This document shows positions 11,112 to 21,170 of a stretch of DNA of 64,000 nt, one piece after another. The notes beneath the pieces are model-generated. The model ran no database searches. It saw only the letters and a program-made list of their open reading frames with translations, and was not told the DNA's origin. Numbering within the stretch: the first letter of the stretch is position 1; every line of letters begins with the position of its first letter. Position numbers and translations under genes: made by a program. The DNA lies in the NCBI GenBank assembly GCA_965205265.1, contig CBDBGH010000003.1, positions 768,001 through 832,000 of the forward strand, read 5' to 3'. The stretch is from Alphaproteobacteria bacterium (lineage in GTDB: Bacteria > Pseudomonadota > Alphaproteobacteria > Bin95).

Positions 11112-11123
11112 CGACCCTCCCTC

Positions 11124-11780
11124 CTATTCCGCCGCTGCTACGCCGACCGGACAGGAGACGCCGGTGCCTCCAAGCCCGCAATACCCGTATGGCACCTTGG
11201 CCAGATATTGCTGGTGGATATCCTCGGCGTAGTAGAAGGGCGGCGCATCCACAATCTCGGTGGTGATGGCGCCGTAGCCCGCCTGCCGCAACGCCTCGGC
11301 GAAACGAGCTTTGGACGCTTCCGCCGCCTCCCGCTGCGCGTCGTCATAGACATAGATGCCGGAGCGGTATTGCGTGCCGACATCGTTGCCCTGGCGCATG
11401 CCCTGGGTCGGATCGTGGGTCTCCCAGAAGACCTTGAGCAGCACGTCGTAGGAAACGCGCGTCGGGTCGAACACGACCAGGACGACTTCATTGTGCCCGG
11501 TGCGGCCGGTACAGACATCCTCATAGGTCGGGTTGGCCGTGTAGCCTCCCGCATAGCCGACAGCGGTGGTCCACACGCCGGGCGTTTCCCAGAACTTGCG
11601 CTCGGCGCCCCAGAAGCAGCCGAGCCCGAAAAGCGCCCGCTCCATGTCTTCCGGGAAGGGCGGCGTCATGGTGACGCCATTGACGAAATGCTGAGGCGGA
11701 ACCGGCATGACACGGTCGCGGTCCGGCAGCGCCCGATCCGGGGTGACCATCTGGACCTTCTTCATCAGGCCGAAAAACAT
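11124..11780 (-). CDS. msrA: Peptide-methionine (S)-S-oxide reductase
   Basis: [37 protein letters not shown]. Confidence 0.96.
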   Translation of the reverse strand: MFFGLMKKVQMVTPDRALPDRDRVMPVPPQHFVNGVTMTPPFPEDMERALFGLGCFWGAERKFWETPGVWTTAVGYAGGYTANPTYEDVCTGRTGHNEVVLVVFDPTRVSYDVLLKVFWETHDPTQGMRQGNDVGTQYRSGIYVYDDAQREAAEASKARFAEALRQAGYGAITTEIVDAPPFYYAEDIHQQYLAKVPYGYCGLGGTGVSCPVGVAAAE

Positions 11781-11885
11781 CGCGGGCCCCCTGTCTCGCT
11801 GGTGGGACAACTCTGCAAGTATAGCCGGTTGTCCCGGCGCTGCGGCGGTTTATATTTCAGCCAACGCAGTTCGTCGGAACCGCTC

Positions 11886-12608
11886 ATGGACCTCGGCAAG
11901 GCCAGACGCCCGAAACTCTTCCACGCCACCACGCCGGGCGCCTGTCCCTATTTGCCGGAACAGCTCGAATGCAAGCTGGTTATCGAGCTCTCGGACCCCG
12001 AGGCCGGATCCCTCTACACCGATCTTTCGCGAGCCGGTTTCCGTCGAAGCTACGGTTACGCCTACCGCCCCGCCTGCAAGAGCTGCTCCGCCTGCGTGCC
12101 GGTTCGCATCGCCGTTGCCGATTACCGGGACACGCGCTCGCTCCGCCGGGTTCGCCGACGGAACCGCGACCTCCGGGACAGCCTGCGGCCCGCAATCGGC
12201 ACGGCCGAACAGTATTCGCTCTTCCGCCGCTACCAGGAGGACCGGCATGCGGCCAGCAAGATGGCGGCGATGACCTTTGCCGATTTTCGCTGCATGGTGG
12301 AGGAGACGCCCGTTTCCAGCTTCATTCTGGAAGTCCGGGACGACTCCGGCCGCCTGCTTGCCGCATGCCTGGCCGACTGGCTGGAGGACGGCCTTTCCGC
12401 GGTTTACAGCTTTTTCGATACCGGCGAGGCGCGCCGCAGCCTTGGCACCCAGATGATCTTGCGCCTGATAGATATCGCCCGGGCGATGGAGCTGGATGTC
12501 GTCTATCTGGGATACTGGATTTCGGGCAGCGGCACGATGGACTACAAGCACCGTTTCCCGGCTGTGGAGCAACTGGTGGACGCCCAATGGGCGCCCCTGG
12601 AGCCCTAG
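11886..12608 (+). CDS. bpt: Aspartate/glutamate leucyltransferase (Bpt, ATE-like)
   Basis: CPYLP, GFRRS..YAYRPACKSCSACVPVRI, GLSAVYSFFD, YLGYWI, MDYK. Confidence 0.9.
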   Translation: MDLGKARRPKLFHATTPGACPYLPEQLECKLVIELSDPEAGSLYTDLSRAGFRRSYGYAYRPACKSCSACVPVRIAVADYRDTRSLRRVRRRNRDLRDSLRPAIGTAEQYSLFRRYQEDRHAASKMAAMTFADFRCMVEETPVSSFILEVRDDSGRLLAACLADWLEDGLSAVYSFFDTGEARRSLGTQMILRLIDIARAMELDVVYLGYWISGSGTMDYKHRFPAVEQLVDAQWAPLEP

Positions 12609-12660
12609 CCGCATCCCGACGCCCGGCCGCCGGCGGCCCGCCGGGGCAGAAAGGTTTGCC

Positions 12661-14112
12661 ATGAAGCTCAAAGACCCGTCCCTGCTGCGTCAGCAATGCT
12701 ATATCGACGGCGCCTGGTGCGATGCCGACAGCGGCGACACCGTTCCGGTCACGAACCCGGCTACGGGCGAGGAACTGGGCAGGGTGCCGAGAATGGGCGC
12801 GGCCGAAACCCGGCGCGCCATCGAGGCCGCGGAGCGCGCCTGGCCGGCATGGCGGGCGAAGACCGCGAAGGAGCGAACCGCCATCCTGCGCCGCTGGCAC
12901 GACCTGATGATGGAGAACCGGGAAGACCTGGCCGTGCTCATGACCGCGGAGCAGGGTAAGCCGCTTGCCGAATCGCGGGGCGAGATCGTGTACGGGGCGT
13001 CGTTTATCGACTGGTTTGCCGAGGAAGGCCGGCGCGTTTACGGCGACACCATTCCGCAGCACCAGCCGGACAAGCGCATCCTGGCGATCAAGCAGCCTGT
13101 CGGAGTCTGCGCGGCGATTACGCCGTGGAACTTCCCGAACGCCATGATTACCCGCAAGGCCGGTCCTGCGCTTGCCGCCGGCTGTCCGATGGTGTTGAAG
13201 CCAGCCTCTGCGACGCCGTTTTCGGCGCTCGCGCTTGCCGAGCTCGGCGAACGGGCCGGCATTCCCAAGGGCGTATTCAGCGTCGTTACCGGCGCGTCGG
13301 GGGCCATTGGCGCCGAAATGACGACAAGCCCGATCGTGCGCAAGCTTTCCTTCACGGGCTCCACGGAAATCGGCAAGGTGCTGATGGCGCAATGCGCGAG
13401 CACCATCAAGAAGGTGTCGCTGGAACTCGGCGGCAACGCGCCCTTCATCGTCTTCAATGACGCGGATCTGGATGCGGCGGTGGAGGGCGCCATCGCCTCC
13501 AAATACCGCAATATGGGCCAGACCTGTGTTTGCGCGAACCGCCTCCTCGTCCAGTCCGGCGTCTATGAGGATTTCGCGGCGAGGCTGAGCCAGGCGGTGT
13601 CCGGCATGTCTGTCGGCAACGGGATGCAGGAAGGCGTGGTGCAGGGGCCGCTCATCGACATGAGTGCGGTCGAGAAGGTCGAGGAGCATATCGAGGACGC
13701 GCTTGCCAAGGGGGCGCGGGTCGTGGTCGGCGGCGGCCGGCACGAGCTCGGCGGCACCTATTTCAAGCCGACCGTGCTGGCGGATGTGACGCCCGGCATG
13801 AAAGTTGCACGGGAAGAGACCTTCGGTCCGCTCGCGCCGCTCTTCCGGTTCGAGGAAGAGGAAGAGGCGATTACGATGGCCAACGATACCGAGTTCGGCC
13901 TGGCGGCCTATTTCTACACCCGCGACCTCGGCACGGCGTGGCGCGTCTCCGAGGGCCTGGAATACGGCATTGTCGGCGTCAATACCGGGATCATCTCCAC
14001 GGCCGAGGCGCCGTTCGGCGGCGTCAAGGAGTCGGGCATCGGCCGCGAGGGCTCGCATTACGGCATCGAGGACTATCTGGAAGTCAAATATCTGTGCATG
14101 GCCGTCGGCTGA
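12661..14112 (+). CDS. gabD: Succinate-semialdehyde dehydrogenase
   Basis: ITPWNFP, FTGSTEIG, LELGGNAP, GQTCVCAN, EETFGP. Confidence 0.93.
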   Translation: MKLKDPSLLRQQCYIDGAWCDADSGDTVPVTNPATGEELGRVPRMGAAETRRAIEAAERAWPAWRAKTAKERTAILRRWHDLMMENREDLAVLMTAEQGKPLAESRGEIVYGASFIDWFAEEGRRVYGDTIPQHQPDKRILAIKQPVGVCAAITPWNFPNAMITRKAGPALAAGCPMVLKPASATPFSALALAELGERAGIPKGVFSVVTGASGAIGAEMTTSPIVRKLSFTGSTEIGKVLMAQCASTIKKVSLELGGNAPFIVFNDADLDAAVEGAIASKYRNMGQTCVCANRLLVQSGVYEDFAARLSQAVSGMSVGNGMQEGVVQGPLIDMSAVEKVEEHIEDALAKGARVVVGGGRHELGGTYFKPTVLADVTPGMKVAREETFGPLAPLFRFEEEEEAITMANDTEFGLAAYFYTRDLGTAWRVSEGLEYGIVGVNTGIISTAEAPFGGVKESGIGREGSHYGIEDYLEVKYLCMAVG

Positions 14113-14115
14113 GCC

Positions 14116-14787
14116 TTGGGCGCTGACGAGGAGAAACGGCTGGCGGCGGCGCGCGCCGTCGATCTGGTGGAGGCCGGTATGACGGTCGGGCTCGGAACCG
14201 GCAGCACCGCTGCCCACGCCATCCGGATGCTGGGCCGGCGGGTCCGGGAAGGACTGGCGGTGCGCGGCGTGCCGACCTCCGAAGCCAGCGCGGCGCTCGC
14301 GCGGACGGAAGGCATTCCGCTCGCCGACCTCAATGAAGTGGACCGTGTCCATCTCGCCATAGACGGCGCGGACGAGGTGGACCCGCACAAGCGCTGCATC
14401 AAGGGCGGCGGCGGCGCGCTGCTGCGGGAGAAGATCGTCGCGAGCGCGGCGGACCGTTTTGTGGTCATCGTCGATTCCGGGAAAACGGTGGCGCGTCTGG
14501 GCGCCTTCCCGCTGCCTGTAGAGGCGGTGCCGTTCGCCCGCGAGCAGGTGCGGCGGCGGATGCTGGCGCTCGGCGCTTCCGTGGAATTGCGCGGCGGCGC
14601 GGAGGCGCCGTTCGTCACCGATGAAGGCAACAGCATCCTGGATTGCAGCTTCGGCGCCATTGCCGACGCGTCCGCGCTCGCCGCGCGGCTCGACACCGTC
14701 CCCGGCATTGTCGGGCACGGATTGTTCGTCGATATGGCCGACGACGTGATTGTCGGCAGGGGCAATTCCGCCCGTTTCATGGAGTGA
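14116..14787 (+). CDS. rpiA: Ribose-5-phosphate isomerase A
   Basis: GLGTGST, DGADEVD, KGGGGALLREK; TTG start. Confidence 0.95.
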   Translation: MGADEEKRLAAARAVDLVEAGMTVGLGTGSTAAHAIRMLGRRVREGLAVRGVPTSEASAALARTEGIPLADLNEVDRVHLAIDGADEVDPHKRCIKGGGGALLREKIVASAADRFVVIVDSGKTVARLGAFPLPVEAVPFAREQVRRRMLALGASVELRGGAEAPFVTDEGNSILDCSFGAIADASALAARLDTVPGIVGHGLFVDMADDVIVGRGNSARFME

Positions 14788-14798
14788 GGCAAGGCCGG

Positions 14799-16148
14799 AT
14801 GGCGCGTTACGACTACGACCTGTTTGTCATCGGCGCCGGCTCGGGGGGCGTGCGCGCGGCGCGCATTGCCGCCGGGCACGGCGCGCGGGTGGGCATTTGC
14901 GAGCAGAGCCGCGTCGGCGGCACCTGCGTCATCCGGGGCTGCATCCCGAAAAAGCTGCTGGTTTACGCCTCGCATTTCGCCCGCGATTTCGAGGACGCCC
15001 GCGCCTATGGCTGGGGGCCGGCCGCGAACGGGTTCGACTGGTCCCGCCTGATCGACAACAAGAACCGCGAGATCGACCGCCTGAACGGCATCTACCTTTC
15101 CCTGCTTTCGGACGCAGGCGTCGAATTGGCAGAGGAACGCGGCGTGCTGGAGGACGCGCATACCGTCCGGCTGGGCGGGCGCAGGATTACCGCCGACAAG
15201 ATATTGATTGCGGTCGGAGGCTGGCCCTGGATGCCGGACATTCCGGGAATCGAGCATGCAATTTCCTCCAACGAAGCGCTTGAATTGACGGCACGGCCCG
15301 ACCGGATCCTGATCGTCGGCGGCGGCTATATCGCCGTCGAGTTCGCCGGAATCTTCCACGGCCTCGGTGTCGAGACCGTCGAGATGATCCGCGCCGAGCA
15401 TCTGTTGAACGGCTTCGACGACGATATCCGCATCGAGCTCGGCGAGCAGATGCGGGCGGACGGCGTCGAGATCGTCAACCGGACCAATCCGACCGCCATC
15501 GAGAAGACGAACGGGGGCTTTCGCGTTGCAACGGATACGGGCAGGGTCGTCGAAGCCGATCTTGTCATGTTCGCAACCGGCCGCAATCCGAACACCGCCG
15601 GGCTGGGCCTCGAAGCCACGGGTGTCGAGATGGACCGCAAGGGGGCCGTTCTTGTCGATGCGGAGTCCCGGAGTTCGGTCGGGAATATCTACGCCATCGG
15701 CGATGTGACCGACCGGCTTGCGCTCACGCCCGTCGCGATACGCGAGGGGCATGCCTTTGCCGATACGGCGTTCGGCAACAGGCCCTGGCAGGCCGACCAC
15801 GCCAATGTGCCCACCGCCGTTTTCAGCCAGCCGCCCATCGGCACGGCCGGGCTCACCGAGGCCGAGGCGCGCGTGCAACATGGCGAGGTCGATATCTACA
15901 AGAGCCGCTTCCGGCCGCTGAAACACACGCTGACCGGCCGCGACGAGTTCACCCTGATGAAGCTCGTGGTCGAGCCGGGAAGCGGCCGCGTTCTCGGCGC
16001 GCATATGGTGGGCGCGGACGCCCCGGAGATCGCGCAGGGCCTTGGCATCGCCATCAAGATGGGCGCAACCAAGGCCCAGTTCGACGCGACGGTCGGCATC
16101 CACCCGACCGCCGCCGAAGAATTCGTGACGATGAGGGAGCCGGTTTAG
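14799..16148 (+). CDS. gor: Glutathione-disulfide reductase
   Basis: GAGSGG, GGTCVIRGCIPKK, HPTAAEEFVTMR. Confidence 0.95.
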   Translation: MARYDYDLFVIGAGSGGVRAARIAAGHGARVGICEQSRVGGTCVIRGCIPKKLLVYASHFARDFEDARAYGWGPAANGFDWSRLIDNKNREIDRLNGIYLSLLSDAGVELAEERGVLEDAHTVRLGGRRITADKILIAVGGWPWMPDIPGIEHAISSNEALELTARPDRILIVGGGYIAVEFAGIFHGLGVETVEMIRAEHLLNGFDDDIRIELGEQMRADGVEIVNRTNPTAIEKTNGGFRVATDTGRVVEADLVMFATGRNPNTAGLGLEATGVEMDRKGAVLVDAESRSSVGNIYAIGDVTDRLALTPVAIREGHAFADTAFGNRPWQADHANVPTAVFSQPPIGTAGLTEAEARVQHGEVDIYKSRFRPLKHTLTGRDEFTLMKLVVEPGSGRVLGAHMVGADAPEIAQGLGIAIKMGATKAQFDATVGIHPTAAEEFVTMREPV

Positions 16149-16164
16149 CGCGATGGCAGGCCGG

Positions 16165-16401
16165 TCAAGGAAGCAGCTTCAACAATGCAACGATCAGCAC
16201 GGCTTGCGCAGCGGCAACGGCATATATCTTGTTTGTCAGTTCCGCTTTGAGATTTGCAAGGTCCGCCTTGGTCGCCAGCCGGTCGTGCTCCGCCCCGCTG
16301 GCCTGAAACGCGGTTTCCGCAACAGCTTCGGCCAAATCCCGTTTCATGCCGGCGTCTTCCAGGCGCCGAACGGCCGCAAGCGTATCGAAGGTGGTAACCA
16401 T
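16165..16401 (-). CDS. Small DUF1640/CCDC90-like membrane-anchored coiled-coil protein
   Basis: 78 aa: FDTLAAVRRLEDAGM..AEAVAE..LATKADL..LKAEL followed by a C-terminal hydrophobic helix. Confidence 0.7.
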   Translation of the reverse strand: MVTTFDTLAAVRRLEDAGMKRDLAEAVAETAFQASGAEHDRLATKADLANLKAELTNKIYAVAAAQAVLIVALLKLLP

Positions 16402-16475
16402 GGCGGTATTCTGCACCGCGCGAAGACGAGGCGCGAGGTCTTCGGCGTGAGGAGCTGCAACCGGCCTGCCGCCCG

Positions 16476-18098
16476 TTACTGCCGGGAGACATCCACCTCC
16501 TTGCAGGTGATGAACTCCAGCAGCGCCGGCTGGCCGGCCTCGGTCGCCGCGATGCCGCGGGCTATGGCGGCCTGTATTTCGCCGGGATCCGTGACCCGCT
16601 CGCCATAGGCGCCGAAGGCCCGCGCCATGGCGGCGTAGTCTCCGGAAATGTCCGTCGAGCGGAATTTCTCCGTCGAGACCGGCATGACCTTGAGCTCGAT
16701 GGCCATGGAGAAGTTGTTGAGCAGGATGGAGAGGATCGGGATGCGCTCGCGCACGGCGGTCTCGAAGTCCATGCCGGTGAAGCCGATGGCCGCGTCGCCC
16801 CACACATTGATGCAGAGCTTTTCCGGGCAGGCGAGCTTGGCGCCCATGGCGAGGCCCAGCCCGTAGCCGAGCTGCGTCGTCTTGCCCCAACCGATGTAGG
16901 ACAGCGGTTCGGTCGCCTTCCAGAAGGGCGAGAGCTGGTCGCGCGGGCTGCCGGCATCGTGGGTGATGACGGTGTTCTTCTTGTCCACCGCGCGTTCCAG
17001 TTCGGCGAGCACCCGATAGGGATTGAGCGGCGCCTCCTCGCTCTCCCGCTTGGCCGCCCATTCGGCGAGCCAGCTTTCCATGCCGGCCGCGATCTCGGCT
17101 GCAACGGGACCGGAATCGCGTATCGGCTCTCCCTCGAGCGCCGCCAGCAGCGCATCGAGCGTGAGGCCCGCATCGCCCACAAGGCCGAGCGCCGCCGGCA
17201 CGTCCTTGTTTAGGTCCATCGGATCGAGCGTGGCGTGGATGACCGTTTTGCCCTTGGGCATGGAGACGCCGAAATTGGTCTCGGTGAAGCTGCAACCGAT
17301 GCCGAAGATCAGGTCCGCCCGGTCGAGGAAGCTGCGCACCGGGCGCGGCATGGCAAGGCCGCCCGCGCCGAGGCTGAGCGGATGGTCCTCCGGAAAGGCG
17401 CTCTTGCCTTCGAGGCTGGTGCAGACGGGGACGGCCAGATGCTCCGCCAGGGACTTCAGTTGCGGCCATGCCCTGGCGTAGTGCACGCCCTGGCCGGCAT
17501 AGATGACGGGCCGCTCCGCCGCCATGAGCATCTCGGCGGCCTTTGCCACGGCCTCGGGGTCCGGTCCGCTGCGGGTCGAGAGCACGGGTTCGTAGGAGAG
17601 GTCGCCATCCAGTTCCTCGTTCATGAGGTCGGCGGGGACTTCCACCACGACCGGCCCGCCGCGCCCGTTGCGCAGGCGCGTGAAGGCGCGGCGCATCACA
17701 TTGGCGATTTCGCCGACCGAGGTGATCGGCTCGGTCGATTTGGCGATGGGCTTCATCGCCTGGGTCGAGTTGAAGTTCGGGTGGATATGGGCGATCCGGC
17801 GCGGATAGCCCATCGGCATCACCAACAGCGGGACCGACTCGCCATAAGCCTGGGCGATACCGCCATAGGCATTCTCCGAACCGGGGCCGTGCTGCATGGC
17901 GAAGACGCCGATGGTGCCGCCGGAGGTCAGCCGCGAAATGGCGTCCGCCATGTGCAGGCCGACCCGTTCCTGACGAACGATAATCGGGCGGATATCGAGA
18001 TGCGCGGCATATTCGAGCACATGGTTCACCGGGTAGCCGATGATCGTCTCGATGCCTTCGCGCTTCAGGATTTCCGAAATCGCTTCCACGGCCTTCAT
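16476..18098 (-). CDS. Thiamine pyrophosphate-requiring enzyme, acetolactate synthase-like
   Basis: VRQERVGLHMAD, QHGPGSEN, GDAAIGFTGMD...LLNN TPP motif. Confidence 0.9.
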   Translation of the reverse strand: MKAVEAISEILKREGIETIIGYPVNHVLEYAAHLDIRPIIVRQERVGLHMADAISRLTSGGTIGVFAMQHGPGSENAYGGIAQAYGESVPLLVMPMGYPRRIAHIHPNFNSTQAMKPIAKSTEPITSVGEIANVMRRAFTRLRNGRGGPVVVEVPADLMNEELDGDLSYEPVLSTRSGPDPEAVAKAAEMLMAAERPVIYAGQGVHYARAWPQLKSLAEHLAVPVCTSLEGKSAFPEDHPLSLGAGGLAMPRPVRSFLDRADLIFGIGCSFTETNFGVSMPKGKTVIHATLDPMDLNKDVPAALGLVGDAGLTLDALLAALEGEPIRDSGPVAAEIAAGMESWLAEWAAKRESEEAPLNPYRVLAELERAVDKKNTVITHDAGSPRDQLSPFWKATEPLSYIGWGKTTQLGYGLGLAMGAKLACPEKLCINVWGDAAIGFTGMDFETAVRERIPILSILLNNFSMAIELKVMPVSTEKFRSTDISGDYAAMARAFGAYGERVTDPGEIQAAIARGIAATEAGQPALLEFITCKEVDVSRQ

Positions 18099-18179
18099 GG
18101 GGGTGTTTCTCCTGTCGGTTGGCCCTAAACTTGCCGGAGTCGGGAGCATAAGGAAAGCAGCCTTGCGGAGACGCTGGCC

Positions 18180-19124
18180 ATGACGACCGACGCCGGGATG
18201 AGACTTGCAACCGCGCCTCCGAAGGCGTTGCGCCGCGCGGCCGAAGCGGCGGTGCGGAACGACCCGGATGTCTCGGCGGTGGTGCTGTTCGGCTCGCGCG
18301 CGCGAGGCGACCACAGACCGGACAGCGATTGGGACCTCGCCTTTGTGACCCGTGGAGGCGCGGTTCGGCGCAAGGCGCCGGAAGGCTGGAAGCCACCGCC
18401 CGGCCGCATGAAGATCGACTGCCTGCAGGTTCCCGCCGAAGAGCTTCGCCGCAAGGCGAACGCGCTGCGTCATGTCGCTTGCCCCATCGCGCGTGAGGGG
18501 CGCCTGCTCGCCGGCGTCTGGGACCGGCCCGAACCGGGAGATGCGCCGAGGATGGAAGCGGACGAGTATGCGGCACTGCTCCACGGGGCGGTCAGCCGCC
18601 TCGATATCGCGGTTGGAATCGCAGCCGCGATACCGGCCGTCGGCGGGCCGCGCCAGGATGCCGCCGACGCTGCGCATCATGTCGCCGCAAGCGCAGACGC
18701 AGCGGAATATCTGGCCAAGGCGATGCTGGGGCGCCTCGGCGTGGACTATCGCAAGACGCACAGCCTGGACGAGCTTGCGGCGTTGTTCGGCGACGCCCAT
18801 GCAAGGCTTCGCGACTCCGTGCGGGCGCTGAACGGCCACAGCCGGGCGGCGGCGCGCCTCGCCGGCGTCGCCCGGCTTCTTGTCGAGGAAGTGGACGCGG
18901 CCGGCTCGGACGGGCGGTTCTCGGGCCAAATGGAGGAGGCGGCGCGGGGGATAGCTGCGACGCTCGCAGGCCGCGCGACGGAGCTGCGGGCGGCCGGCGA
19001 ACCCGACCCGGCGCCGGAAGACCCGCTGGTTGCCGCCGTCGCGGCGTCACGTCCGGGTCTGGCGGATGTTCTCGAAACGGCCGCCGCGGATATTCGGGTG
19101 CAGGGGCGCAGGGCAAACGCATGA
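18180..19124 (+). CDS. Fused minimal nucleotidyltransferase (MNT)-HEPN domain protein
   Basis: VLFGSRARGDHRPDSDWDLAFV (MNT motif); AAEYLAKAML...KTHSLDEL (HEPN-like). Confidence 0.75.
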   Translation: MTTDAGMRLATAPPKALRRAAEAAVRNDPDVSAVVLFGSRARGDHRPDSDWDLAFVTRGGAVRRKAPEGWKPPPGRMKIDCLQVPAEELRRKANALRHVACPIAREGRLLAGVWDRPEPGDAPRMEADEYAALLHGAVSRLDIAVGIAAAIPAVGGPRQDAADAAHHVAASADAAEYLAKAMLGRLGVDYRKTHSLDELAALFGDAHARLRDSVRALNGHSRAAARLAGVARLLVEEVDAAGSDGRFSGQMEEAARGIAATLAGRATELRAAGEPDPAPEDPLVAAVAASRPGLADVLETAAADIRVQGRRANA

Positions 19125-19372
19125 GAGTAGTGCCGGCTACCGAGGCAAAAGCGCGTCTGGCCGAGTTGCTTCGGACAGTCGAGCGCGGGGAAACCGTGGC
19201 GATTACGCGCCACGGCCGGACGGTCGCCCATATGATTCCTGCACCGGAGGTCGATCGGGCCAACCGTAAGCAGGCGGTCGCCGACTTCCGGCGCCGGCGC
19301 AGCGGATGGCGGTCCGCGGGAATGTCGGCCGATGATGTTCTCGAAGCGTGGCACCTCGGCCATCGGATGTGA
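19121..19372 (+). CDS. Phd/YefM family antitoxin
   Basis: MRVVPATEAKARLAELLRTVERGETVAITRHGRTVAHMIP; ATGA overlap with the upstream gene. Confidence 0.9.
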   Translation: MRVVPATEAKARLAELLRTVERGETVAITRHGRTVAHMIPAPEVDRANRKQAVADFRRRRSGWRSAGMSADDVLEAWHLGHRM

Positions 19373-19442
19373 GTCCTTGTTCGTACTCCACGCCTCGGTT
19401 GCCGCCTCTGCTCAAGAGCGTTTGGCGGAACGGCGCAGGTAA
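19369..19442 (+). pseudogene. Remnant 5' end of a PIN/VapC toxin
   Basis: GTG overlaps the antitoxin stop; after a frameshift the sequence reads LFVLHASVAA (compare VapC FVLDASVA), then TAA at 19440-19442. Confidence 0.55.
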
Positions 19443-19467
19443 CGGGAATTCGGAATCGATGCAGGAC

Positions 19468-20340
19468 ATGACGGTAAAGACAATCGGCATACTCAGCCCC
19501 GGCGATATGGGGCACGGGGTCGGGCGGGCCTTGCGGGAGTGCAACGGGCTGCGCGTCGTCACCGACCTTTCGGGACGGAGCGACAGGACGCGGGGCCTTG
19601 CGGTCGCGGCCGGGTTCGAGGACCTGGGTTCGCTCGACGCCGTTGTCGAGGCATCGGACATCCTCCTCTCGATCATGCCGCCGGCCGCCGCAGAGGGTTT
19701 TGCGGCGGAGCTGGCCGGCAGAATCGGCGCGGACGGGCCGGTCTTCGCCGACATGAATGCCGTTGCGCCGGAAACCGTGCGGCGCATTGCGGCCCGGTTC
19801 CCGGCGGACCGCTTTGTGGACGGCGGCATTGTCGGACCGTCTCCCAAGGGGCCGAAGCCAACGCGCTTCTATGTTTCCGGGGCGCCGGCGGCTGTCATGG
19901 AGGCGCTGGCCTCGGACCGGATTGCCGTGCGTCCGCTCGGTCCCGAGATCGGCAGGGCGTCGGCGCAAAAGATGCTCTATTCGGCGCTCAACAAGGGCTA
20001 TTGGGCGCTCCAGGCGGCCGTGCTGACGGCGGCCGAGCGCGCAGGGCTGAGCGACGAGCTGCGCGCCGAGCTCGCTTTCAGCCAGCCGGACGTGCTCGCC
20101 CGCATGGAGGACCGCATCGGCCTCTTGCCGGCGGACGCCCACCGCTTCCACCCGGAGATGGCGGAGATCGCTTCCTTCTTCGAAGACCTGGGCATGACAA
20201 CCGGGTTCCACCGGGGCGCGGAGGACCTGTTCCGTCTTCTGGCTCGGACGCCGCTTGCTGAGGAAACCAAGGAGACCTGGGACCGGTCGAGGCCGCTCAG
20301 CGAGTCCGTCCGTATTTTCGCGGATGCCGTAGAGGCATAA
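19468..20340 (+). CDS. NAD(P)-dependent oxidoreductase (3-hydroxyisobutyrate/6PGD-like with DUF1932-type C-terminus)
   Basis: IGILSPGDMGHGVG, VDGGIVG, ASAQKMLYSALNKG, EMAEIA. Confidence 0.85.
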   Translation: MTVKTIGILSPGDMGHGVGRALRECNGLRVVTDLSGRSDRTRGLAVAAGFEDLGSLDAVVEASDILLSIMPPAAAEGFAAELAGRIGADGPVFADMNAVAPETVRRIAARFPADRFVDGGIVGPSPKGPKPTRFYVSGAPAAVMEALASDRIAVRPLGPEIGRASAQKMLYSALNKGYWALQAAVLTAAERAGLSDELRAELAFSQPDVLARMEDRIGLLPADAHRFHPEMAEIASFFEDLGMTTGFHRGAEDLFRLLARTPLAEETKETWDRSRPLSESVRIFADAVEA

Positions 20341-20378
20341 GGTAGCTGCAAAACGAACCTGGCGGGGGAGGGCGGCCG

Positions 20379-21161
20379 ATGGCCGAGGCAAGACGGCTTC
20401 AGGGCAGGGTGGCGATGATTACCGGCGGCGCATCCGGGATCGGGGCGGCAAGCGCGCGCCTGTTCGCCGAGCATGGCGCGAGCGTGGCGGTGGCCGACAT
20501 CAACGACAATCTCGGCCCGCTCGTCGTCCGGGATATCGAGGCGGCCGGCGGCGCGGCCTGCTATCTCCATCTGGACACCGTCGATGAGGACCAGTGGCGG
20601 GAAGCGGTGCAAACGGCGGTCGAGCGCTTCGGACGCCTCGACATCATGCTGAACGCCGCCGGCGTCTCGGGCCGGATGCCGGACGGTTCGGCGGCGCCGC
20701 GCATCGGGGAGGCGGACCTCGCGAACTGGAACCGGATCATGGATGTGAACTCCACCGGCGTCTTTCTCGGCACCAAACACGCCATCGCGGCGATGCAGGC
20801 GGCCGGCGGCGGCTCGATCATCAACATTTCGTCGGTCTACGGCATTGTCGGCTCGGTCCACAACGCCGCCTATCATGCGTCCAAGGGCGCCGTGAGGACG
20901 CTGACCAAATCCGCCGCCGCGCAATATGCGAAGGACGGTATCCGGGTGAATTCCGTCCATCCGGGCTATGTGGACACGCCGATGACCGAAGCCGTCCACA
21001 GCAATCCGGAGCTTGCCCGCCCCCGGCTCGAGGAGACGCCGATGGGCCGCTTCGGCAAGCCGGCCGACATCGCCAATGGCTGCCTGTTCCTGGCAAGCGA
21101 CGAGTCGAGCTGGATGACGGGCGCGGAACTGGTCATCGACGGCGGCATGACCGCCGTGTGA
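20379..21161 (+). CDS. Short-chain dehydrogenase/reductase
   Basis: TGGASGIG, NAAG, YHASKGAV. Confidence 0.92.
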   Translation: MAEARRLQGRVAMITGGASGIGAASARLFAEHGASVAVADINDNLGPLVVRDIEAAGGAACYLHLDTVDEDQWREAVQTAVERFGRLDIMLNAAGVSGRMPDGSAAPRIGEADLANWNRIMDVNSTGVFLGTKHAIAAMQAAGGGSIINISSVYGIVGSVHNAAYHASKGAVRTLTKSAAAQYAKDGIRVNSVHPGYVDTPMTEAVHSNPELARPRLEETPMGRFGKPADIANGCLFLASDESSWMTGAELVIDGGMTAV

Positions 21162-21170
21162 CCGCTGCCG

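Noticed and set aside
16165-18576. 803-aa minus-strand ORF
   Set aside because: Off-frame shadow of the TPP-enzyme gene with Arg/Pro/Gly-rich composition; only the last 78 codons look like a real gene.
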